Origin: Candidatus Woesebacteria bacterium GW2011_GWB1_39_10 | Lineage (GTDB): Bacteria > Patescibacteriota > Microgenomatia > UBA8517 | Assembly: GCA_000993205.1 (NCBI GenBank) | Contig: LBVU01000004.1 | Location: 27,338-91,337 of the forward strand | Direction of reading: 5' to 3' | DNA: 64,000 nt | Shown here: positions 9,171-16,134 of the stretch, piece by piece | Position numbering within the stretch: position 1 is the stretch's first letter | How the letters are laid out: each line of letters opens with the position of its first letter | Position numbers and translations under genes: made by a program | Notes under the pieces: model-generated | The model's database searches: none | Told to the model about the DNA's origin: nothing | The model's input: only the letters and a program-made list of their open reading frames with translations

Positions 9171-9660
9171 TTTCCCCCAATTTAAACGCATGTGTTAAAG
9201 CAATTGCAAGAGCGTCGGCAGCATTATCAAAATGAGTTTTTTTATGCGCGCCGCTTTTTACACGACTGCCTAGAATCTTTCTAATATGTGCTTGTACTTC
9301 TTTTTTGTTAGCTCTTCCTGAACCGGTAATCATTTTTTTAATTGTTCCGGGCGCGTATTCTTCGACATGAACATTTGTTTTACTTGCCGCCAGTAACATC
9401 ACACCTTGAGCTTGACCAACCGCTATTACTGTTTTTGCATTCGTTGCAAAAAATATTTTCTCAAAAACAAAAACATCAGGTTTATGTTTTTTAATGAGAG
9501 CAACAATTTCTTCAAAAATGAGGTCCAGTCTGCGTTCCTTAAGAAGAGTTTTACTTGTTTCGATCAACCCCCATGTGACGACTTCGTTTCCCTTTCCGTT
9601 TAAACGAACAAGTCCGAAACCGGTTGTGGCCGTACCGGGATCTATTCCTAAAATAAGCAT
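9121..9660 (-). CDS. ruvC: Holliday junction resolvase RuvC
   Basis: MLILGIDPGTATTGFG, E, GQAQGV, DAADALAIA-like motif; start refined to ATG 9660 with TATAAT 6 nt upstream. Confidence 0.93.
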   Translation of the reverse strand: MLILGIDPGTATTGFGLVRLNGKGNEVVTWGLIETSKTLLKERRLDLIFEEIVALIKKHKPDVFVFEKIFFATNAKTVIAVGQAQGVMLLAASKTNVHVEEYAPGTIKKMITGSGRANKKEVQAHIRKILGSRVKSGAHKKTHFDNAADALAIALTHAFKLGESKSEARNIKSKTNTKA

Positions 9661-9679
9661 AACTAAATTATACCCTAAC

Positions 9680-9734
9680 AAAAAACGAAAAGGGCAGGTA
9701 TCTGTCGATAAATAAAATTTGACAGAACCTGCCC
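9680..9734 (-). terminator. Intrinsic terminator-like hairpin closing the non-coding unit
   Basis: Minus strand GGGCAGGT-TCTGTCAA...TCGACAGA-T-ACCTGCCC followed by TTTTCGTTTTTT. Confidence 0.6.
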
Positions 9735-9854
9735 CAATAATTTCTAAGTGCCACAAACACCTTGTCCTGCCGCATAAGCTTTGGCATGGCGGTATTTATG
9801 GCACCTATTCGCCAATTACCTTCCGGATAAAAATTCCGCAGGTATTTGGCAAGA

Positions 9855-9927
9855 TGGCCGGGAAGGATTTGAACCTTCGATCTCTCAGATCCTATCTGAG
9901 CGCGTTAAACGACTACGCTACCGGTCA
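9855..9927 (-). ncRNA. tRNA-like element A (Pro-like, AGG; anticodon loop can close to 3 nt)
   Basis: TGACCGG/CCGGCCA acceptor, GCGT/ACGC D stem, CTCAGAT-AGG-ATCTGAG, GAAGG-TTCAAAT-CCTTC T arm. Confidence 0.7.
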
Positions 9928-9930
9928 AAA

Positions 9931-10028
9931 GCGGGTGGAAGGATTCGAACCTTCGACCTTCTAACCATCTATGCCGTTCGGCACAGATTAAACAAGTTAA
10001 CTGCTCCACCAGTTTGAGCTACACCCGC
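9931..10028 (-). ncRNA. tRNA-like element B (98 nt; extra hairpin in the anticodon arm)
   Basis: GCGGGTG/CACCCGC acceptor, GCTC/GAGC D stem, GAAGG-TTCGAAT-CCTTC T arm; anticodon region contains ATCTGTGCC-GAAC-GGCATAGAT. Confidence 0.7.
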
Positions 10029-10146
10029 ACAAAAAAATTAAAGAACTAAAAGGAAACCCTCCGCAGGATATTGTTTCTCAGGGTTTCCTTGACCAGCCGG
10101 TTGTGTCGAATGACAAAACCGTTCCCATAGATATCCCTATGGTAAA

Positions 10147-10218
10147 GACGCCGCAAGGATTTGAACCTTGGATCCAGGTGCTGCGCACCTGAGCCTTGCC
10201 AGACTTGGCTACGGCGCC
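10147..10218 (-). ncRNA. tRNA-like element C (Cys-like, GCA; anticodon loop can close to 3 nt)
   Basis: GGCGCCG/CGGCGTC acceptor followed by U, GCC-AAGTCTGGCAA-GGC D arm, CAGGTGC-GCA-GCACCTG, CAAGG-TTCAAAT-CCTTG. Confidence 0.72.
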
Positions 10219-10236
10219 GAAAAACACCAGAACACG

Positions 10237-10265
10237 AGTCTACAAAAATTTAAAAACTTTGTCAA
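10237..10265 (-). promoter_or_regulatory. Sigma70 promoter for the tRNA-like array
   Basis: TTGACA-17 nt-TAGACT, with the -10 box ending 18 nt upstream of element C. Confidence 0.75.
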
Positions 10266-10274
10266 TACATTTAG

Positions 10275-10544
10275 TTATTTTCTCTTTGAAGATTTTTTGA
10301 TTTCCTTAACCTCTTTACCGAAAAAATAAATATAAAGAATGTCCAAAATTCCCATTGTGTTTATTAATAATAACGCAATAAACCAGGGCTTGCTGTCCTG
10401 CTTTGCAGCCTTCCAAAGAGCCCAACCTTTCCAGAAAAGACTCCAGATCAAAACGGGTACCAAAAGTAAAGATAGTCCAGACATCATGTTTTCCCAAAGC
10501 GCTCCAGGATACCAATAGTTGCCATAACTATAATTCCACATCAA
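10275..10544 (-). CDS. Small membrane protein (DUF5652-like)
   Basis: WSLFWKGWALWKAAK...WFIALLLINTMGIL-I-YI. Confidence 0.75.
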   Translation of the reverse strand: MMWNYSYGNYWYPGALWENMMSGLSLLLVPVLIWSLFWKGWALWKAAKQDSKPWFIALLLINTMGILDILYIYFFGKEVKEIKKSSKRK

Positions 10545-11161
10545 ATTCTACTCACCTCCCCAAATCTCCTTTCAACTTCTTTCCAATTTACAATGCTCCA
10601 AAATGCCGCTATATACTCTGCTCTCATATTTTTATATTTTAAATAGTAGGCGTGTTCCCAAACATCTAAACAGAGAATGGGTGATAGCGAATAGCTGATA
10701 GTAGAATCTTGGTTTGAAGAATCAGATATTTCAAGTTTCCCATCATTTACAACAACCCATGCCCATCCACTACCAAAGTGTCCGAGAGCTACGGCTGAAA
10801 ACTTTTCTTTAAATGTGTCGAAGTTTCCGAAATCTTTTTGAATTTGGATCATTAGATTTTGTTTCGGATTTCGAATTTCGGAATTCGGATTTGGTTCCAT
10901 AATTTCCCAGAACATATTGTGATTTGCAACACCACCTGCATTATTTTTAACCTTTTGACGAATCTCCTCAGGAACCTTGTCGAGATTTTTGAGGAGTTCG
11001 TTTATATCCATATTTAGTAGGTCATCGTGACCGGCCAAAAGATCGTTCAAATTTTTAACATAGGAGGCATGGTGCTTGTCATGATGAATATGCATAGTTT
11101 CCTCGTCAACAAATGGCTCAAGTGCTTCGTAAGCATAGGGGAGGTCAGGAAGAATGAACAT
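10541..11161 (-). CDS. sodA: Fe/Mn superoxide dismutase
   Basis: LPDLPYAYEALEP, HHDKHH, NHNMFW, FGSGWAW, DVWEHAYY. Confidence 0.95.
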   Translation of the reverse strand: MFILPDLPYAYEALEPFVDEETMHIHHDKHHASYVKNLNDLLAGHDDLLNMDINELLKNLDKVPEEIRQKVKNNAGGVANHNMFWEIMEPNPNSEIRNPKQNLMIQIQKDFGNFDTFKEKFSAVALGHFGSGWAWVVVNDGKLEISDSSNQDSTISYSLSPILCLDVWEHAYYLKYKNMRAEYIAAFWSIVNWKEVERRFGEVSRI

Positions 11162-11166
11162 AATTA

Positions 11167-11195
11167 AATGTAACTTCCCTCAAGACTCGTGTCAA
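11167..11195 (-). promoter_or_regulatory. Sigma70 promoter for a leaderless sod mRNA
   Basis: TTGACA-17-TACATT-5 nt-ATG. Confidence 0.65.
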
Positions 11196-11200
11196 CCCTC

Positions 11201-11260
11201 TACCCAAGGACAGTCCTTGCATACGCACAAAAATCATTACTCAAGGACTGTCCTTGGGTA
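11201..11260. repeat. REPIN-like doublet of two inverted palindromes
   Basis: TACCCAAGGACAGTCCTTG (11201-11219) and its exact reverse complement (11242-11260); each contains CAAGGAC-W-GTCCTTG. Confidence 0.8.
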
Positions 11261-11261
11261 A

Positions 11262-11615
11262 TTAATCTACTTTGATAATCTTAGATGAAGAAACCAGTCC
11301 ACCTTCTATTTCAATCGCGACAACGTCAATTCTAAGTTTTTTGGGCAAGTCCGGATGGAGTAACGAATAATATTCACCTGTCTTTTTGATTTTGAATAAC
11401 TTGGACCTAGTGACCGCTTCTTCAGGAGCCCCAAACTTGCGTGACCATCTAGCCTTTACTTCTACAAAGACGAGAGTCTCCCCGTCCAATGCTACAATAT
11501 CAATTTCTCCAAAACGGGACCTGAAATTACGGTCTTTTATTTTGTATCCCCCAGATTCAAGAAGTTTTACAGCGTAATCTTCGGCAAGATTCCCAAGTTC
11601 ACTTGTTTTTACCAC
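11262..11615 (-). CDS. yraN: YraN family endonuclease
   Basis: G..AEDYA, RNFRSRFGEIDIVA, LVFVEVKAR, RIDVVAI. Confidence 0.9.
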   Translation of the reverse strand: MVKTSELGNLAEDYAVKLLESGGYKIKDRNFRSRFGEIDIVALDGETLVFVEVKARWSRKFGAPEEAVTRSKLFKIKKTGEYYSLLHPDLPKKLRIDVVAIEIEGGLVSSSKIIKVD

Positions 11616-11967
11616 TCTTTATGCTAGCACGCACGGCAGCTCTTTTAAAAATCATTTCCACCTCTGTAGGTGCTTTCTCTCTGGTATAATAAAGTTTAGC
11701 GCGCCTAACTCCTTCTGTACCCTTCTTGATAATGAGAATACGATCGATTGAAGGAAGATTAAGAGGAAATATTTTTTCAACTCCTATTCCCCCTTCGGCA
11801 ATTTTTCTAACAACAAAAGTCTTTCCGGGCTCTCGGCCTCTGATCGCAATAACCATTCCCTCAAAAAAGGCCTCGCGGGTTTTGTCTCCATCTTTAATCT
11901 TTTGAACAACGCGGATTTTATCCCCAATTCCAAACTCGACTTGTTTTAGCGTAATTTTCAATGCCAT
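11599..11967 (-). CDS. rplS: 50S ribosomal protein L19
   Basis: GDKIRV, FEGMVIAIRG, GIGVEKIFPL, VRRAKLYY; start refined to ATG 11967. Confidence 0.93.
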   Translation of the reverse strand: MALKITLKQVEFGIGDKIRVVQKIKDGDKTREAFFEGMVIAIRGREPGKTFVVRKIAEGGIGVEKIFPLNLPSIDRILIIKKGTEGVRRAKLYYTREKAPTEVEMIFKRAAVRASIKSGKNK

Positions 11968-12011
11968 AGGGGCTATTGTATACGAAACAAAGTCGCGGCT
12001 CAAGTCACATT

Positions 12012-15000
12012 TTACGATTTTGCTGTTTCCAGAATATCTGTTATTCCTTTGGCTAAGGTCTCGTTCCAGAATATTTGAAAGGGTAGCTTGACTTTTTTAC
12101 CTCTTTTTGAGATACCGTTATTGTCAAAAATCAAATAAGCTGTTTGGTCTCCGAGACTGCTAGTTAAAAGGTCTTTTAATCTTCTCAGAGTATTCGCGTC
12201 GGCGCTTGCCGGTATTTTGATATAAACTTCTCGTTGCTTTTTTTCGCTCAGACTGCTTAATGTTTCAATATTTTCTACAAGGATTGAAGGAGTTTCATCC
12301 CGAAAATCTACCTTACCCACTACCAACAATGGCTTTCCTTCAAGCCAAAAATCCCTGGTAGATTTAAATATTTTAGGAAAAACTACCAGATCAATTTGGC
12401 CCGTGCCATCGTCAACTTTAACAAAAGCCATTTCGGCACCGCTTTTTTTAGTGGTAATTACTCTAACTCCACTCACAACCGCAGCAATTCTTACTAAATC
12501 CGAATAATATTCTTCAGGAGTGATTTCATAGATTTTATGAGTCGATTGAAACTCCAAGGGTCCCACGAGCTCACTTATTGGTCTTGCCGTCAAAGAAAAC
12601 CCCAATAGTTGCCGCTCAAGGGACTCTAATTCATCGTCGCCGAATTCCTGAATATTTTCTATCGTTATCACTGAAGCCGCTTCAGTTTTTTTTAAATCTC
12701 CGATGGCAAAAAGTCCCGGTTGATTATCGTCTCCCTTGGGAACGCTTACTTTTTCCCGAACTCTATCAATTGATGCCAGAAGTGCAGAACGCCCGCCAAA
12801 CATATTCATTGCGCCGACTTTTATTAAACTTTCGAGAACCTTTTTATTCACTTTTCTGGCATCTACACGACTCAAAAAATCAGCAAATGATTCGAATTTT
12901 CCTTTTTTTCTGGCAGTTAATATTATATCGATTGCCACTGCTCCGACATTTTTTACTGCCGAAAGTCCGAATCTTATTGCTCCATCTTGTATGGTAAACC
13001 CTATATTGCTCTCGTTTATATCAGGAGACAATACTTTAATTTTCATTCTCCTGCACTCGTTGACTGCCATCGAAATTTTATCTTTATCGGACGCTTCGGC
13101 TGTCAAAAGAGCCGTCATGTATTCAACCGGGTAATTGGCTTTCATATAGGCCGTATAATAGGCCACAATCCCGTAGGAGGCAGCATGGGCTTTATTAAAT
13201 CCGTATGATTGAAATGGTTCAAAAAGTTTCCAAAGTGTCTGAGCAAATTCTTTGGTTTGCCCATTTTTCACGATTCCCGATTCGAATTTCTCTCTTTGAG
13301 CCGCCATTTCTTCGGGAATTTTCTTTCCTACGGCTTTTCTGAACTTGTCAGCTTCCTCCCAACTATAACCGGCGAGGTCAATTGCGCAGAAAAGCAAATC
13401 GTCCTGATAAATTATTAAACCGTAGCTTGCTCCTAAAAATTTTTCCATCCTGGGATCTAGGTATCTCACCATCTTTGGATTTGATTTTCTTTTAATATAT
13501 TCCGGAATAACTGCTAAGGGCCCCGGACGATAGAGAGCAACCATGGCCATTAAATCCTCAACACGGTTGGGCTTGAGTTCCTTTAGGTATTTTGTCATGC
13601 CCCCGCTTGCAAACTGAAAGACCCCCATTGTTTCGCCACGGGCAAGCATTTCGAAAGTCTTTTTATCGGTTAAAGGAATTGTGTGAAGATCGGTTTTTGT
13701 GCCGTAAGTTTTTTCCACAATGTCGATAGCTGAACCTAAAATGGACAGGTTTCGAATTCCAAGAATGTCAAATTTTATTAATCCAACTTCCTCTGCCGCG
13801 TGCATTTCGTATTGTGTTATTATTTTTTCACCCGACGGCTCGCGTTGAATCGGAGAAAAATCAGTTATATTGGTTGGCGCAACTACTACGCCCGCTGCAT
13901 GGACAGAAACATGTCTGGCACTTCCCTCGACTTGCATTGCTAAATCCAGTACCTTTTTTGTTTCAGCGTCGGTTCCGTATAAGTCTCTAAGTTCAGGTGT
14001 TTCTTCAAGGGCCTTAGAAATAGTTATAGGAAAACCCTGTTTTGGAGGTGGAATCAGTTTTGCAATTTTGTCTCCCACATTATATGGATACCCCAAAACA
14101 CGTGCCACATCGCGCACGGCAGCCCGGCTTAGCATTCTTCCGAAAGTGCATATTTGAGCCACATTATCTTTGCCGTAAGTTTTGGTTATATATTCAATAA
14201 TTTCGTCGCGTCTATCGTCCGCAACATCGAAATCAATATCGGGAGGGCTTGGACGATAAGGATTAAGGAATCTTTCAAAGGGCAAATAATAAGTTAGCGG
14301 GTTAACTGTAGTAATTCCCAAAACATACGAAACAAGGCTCCCTGCGGCCGAACCTCTGGTATTGGTAATAATTCCGACTGAGGCGGTCCAATTTGCCAAA
14401 TCTCTAACTATTAAAAAATATGCTGAATATCCTTTTTGACTTATAATATCGAGTTCATGTTCAAGTCGTATGAGTTCTTCAGGGCCTGCGTCAGGGAGCT
14501 TTTCACTCAGTTTTTCGTGTGCAAGTTTACCTAACTGTTCATCAGCCGTTACTCCGTTTGGTAATGGGAACTTGGGAAAAAACCATTTTCCAAGCGTAAT
14601 TTCCACATTACATTTTTCGGATAGTTTGACCGTATTTTCTAACGCGTCGGGATAGTCAGGAAATAGTGCCGCCATTTCCGAAGGAGACCGAACGTAAAAT
14701 GTCTGCGCGTCTATATACCTTAAACGTTTGGTTTCACTCATAGTTTTGCCTGTAGCTACACAAACCAGCGCATCCTGGGCGAAGGCATCTTCTTGTTTTA
14801 TATAGTGGGCATCATTGGTTGCAACCAGCGGGATCCCATATTCCCTACTGAGTTTGATTATTCCGGCATTCCATTTATTTTCGGTTTCCTGAAGTTCGTT
14901 TAATGTACTTTTTATTTCTGCTGTCGGTGCTTTTGTGAGCCACTTTGCATATTCGTGTCTTTGTATTTCAAAATAGAAATCATCCTTGAATGTGTCTACA

Positions 15001-15497
15001 TAAAAATCGACAAGGTTTTTGATATTTTCTTTATCATCCCTGGCAATTGCCTGCCCAATTTCTGCCTGCGGACAACCCGACGTACAAATTAAACCTTTTG
15101 AATACTTTTTTAATGTTGCGTGATCCATTCTCGGGCGATAATAAAAACCGTCAACTTGAGCAATTGAAGCCAGTTTCATTAAATTTTTATAGCCTTCGTT
15201 ATTTTTAGCCAAAAGAAGTATATGAAAGTTTTGCGCCCTGCCTTTTTCTGCTTTTTCATGAAGATCACCCGTAGTTATATACCCCTCCATTCCCAAAATT
15301 GGTTTTATACCCTGTTTGAGTCCCTCTTTATAAAACTCAACCTCTCCGTACATTACTCCGTGATCTGTTATGGCGACAGATTCCATCCCTTGTTCTTTGA
15401 CATGATTAAAGAGTTTCTTGATTTTACTTAACCCATCAAGAAGTGAATACTCTGTGTGAACATGAAGATGGGCAAATTTAGACATTTTCTGATTCAA
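12012..15497 (-). CDS. dnaE: DNA polymerase III alpha subunit
   Basis: PHP HLHVHTEYSLLDG, RGSAAGS, PDIDFD, YGFNKAHA, C-terminal OB fold. Confidence 0.97.
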   Translation of the reverse strand: MNQKMSKFAHLHVHTEYSLLDGLSKIKKLFNHVKEQGMESVAITDHGVMYGEVEFYKEGLKQGIKPILGMEGYITTGDLHEKAEKGRAQNFHILLLAKNNEGYKNLMKLASIAQVDGFYYRPRMDHATLKKYSKGLICTSGCPQAEIGQAIARDDKENIKNLVDFYVDTFKDDFYFEIQRHEYAKWLTKAPTAEIKSTLNELQETENKWNAGIIKLSREYGIPLVATNDAHYIKQEDAFAQDALVCVATGKTMSETKRLRYIDAQTFYVRSPSEMAALFPDYPDALENTVKLSEKCNVEITLGKWFFPKFPLPNGVTADEQLGKLAHEKLSEKLPDAGPEELIRLEHELDIISQKGYSAYFLIVRDLANWTASVGIITNTRGSAAGSLVSYVLGITTVNPLTYYLPFERFLNPYRPSPPDIDFDVADDRRDEIIEYITKTYGKDNVAQICTFGRMLSRAAVRDVARVLGYPYNVGDKIAKLIPPPKQGFPITISKALEETPELRDLYGTDAETKKVLDLAMQVEGSARHVSVHAAGVVVAPTNITDFSPIQREPSGEKIITQYEMHAAEEVGLIKFDILGIRNLSILGSAIDIVEKTYGTKTDLHTIPLTDKKTFEMLARGETMGVFQFASGGMTKYLKELKPNRVEDLMAMVALYRPGPLAVIPEYIKRKSNPKMVRYLDPRMEKFLGASYGLIIYQDDLLFCAIDLAGYSWEEADKFRKAVGKKIPEEMAAQREKFESGIVKNGQTKEFAQTLWKLFEPFQSYGFNKAHAASYGIVAYYTAYMKANYPVEYMTALLTAEASDKDKISMAVNECRRMKIKVLSPDINESNIGFTIQDGAIRFGLSAVKNVGAVAIDIILTARKKGKFESFADFLSRVDARKVNKKVLESLIKVGAMNMFGGRSALLASIDRVREKVSVPKGDDNQPGLFAIGDLKKTEAASVITIENIQEFGDDELESLERQLLGFSLTARPISELVGPLEFQSTHKIYEITPEEYYSDLVRIAAVVSGVRVITTKKSGAEMAFVKVDDGTGQIDLVVFPKIFKSTRDFWLEGKPLLVVGKVDFRDETPSILVENIETLSSLSEKKQREVYIKIPASADANTLRRLKDLLTSSLGDQTAYLIFDNNGISKRGKKVKLPFQIFWNETLAKGITDILETAKS

Positions 15498-16134
15498 TTA
15501 TTCTAACTTGATTTCTACCGGCTTTTTTTGCTTCATAAAGCTTACCGTCAACCTTTTGAAAAAAATCCTCAAACTTTCCACTCTTAAAAATGCCTGCTCC
15601 CAAGCTTACTGTTATTCCGGGAATAACTTCGTGGCTGACTGTAAAATGATCGATTCCTGCAATTTTGATTCTAAGACGTTCAGATATCTCTTTTAGTTCT
15701 TTCTCATTTTTAAAAAAACCAAGGATACCTATTTCTTCTCCACCCCACCGGGCGATAAAATCACCCTCTCGCAACGATTCCTTGAGACTGTTTCCGACAA
15801 GAGCCAGGACTATGTCACCGACACCGTGGCCATATTTGTCATTGAAATCTTTGAAATGATCAATATCAGCTATAATGAATCCAAACTCTACTCCTTCATC
15901 AACTAATTTCTGTACCTTTTTGTCAAACTCGCTTCTGTTCGGCATTTTCATTACGTTATCTTGAGAACCTTTTAAATCGGCTATTGTCAGCATTCCTGTC
16001 AACATTTTTCTTACTTGCTCCTCATTAAAAGTCCCATCTTTCAACCCATCGAATATCCTATCAACTCTTGCCCTATGATGATCTTTTCTACTTAATAATT
16101 CAGAACCGGCAGGTAAGTTCGTTTTCTCACTCAT
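15478..16134 (-). CDS. GGDEF diguanylate cyclase
   Basis: ADIDHFKDFNDKYGHGVGD, REGD I-site, RWGGEE, AKKAGRN. Confidence 0.9.
   Translation of the reverse strand: MSEKTNLPAGSELLSRKDHHRARVDRIFDGLKDGTFNEEQVRKMLTGMLTIADLKGSQDNVMKMPNRSEFDKKVQKLVDEGVEFGFIIADIDHFKDFNDKYGHGVGDIVLALVGNSLKESLREGDFIARWGGEEIGILGFFKNEKELKEISERLRIKIAGIDHFTVSHEVIPGITVSLGAGIFKSGKFEDFFQKVDGKLYEAKKAGRNQVRIIESENV

Noticed and set aside
9719-10017. Plus-strand ORFs 9719-9964 and 9781-10017, and the N-terminal extension of ruvC to 9756
   Set aside because: They are antisense readings of tRNA-like and hairpin sequence (GFEPS is the reverse T arm); RuvC homology starts at MLILGIDPG
9680-10265. tmRNA, RNase P RNA or a group I intron as the explanation of the structured region
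   Set aside because: There are three separate cloverleaves, and I saw no tag ORF or recognisable conserved core motifs; an Rfam search is still needed
12012-15497. Intein or split in dnaE
   Set aside because: Length and motif order are those of an uninterrupted DnaE
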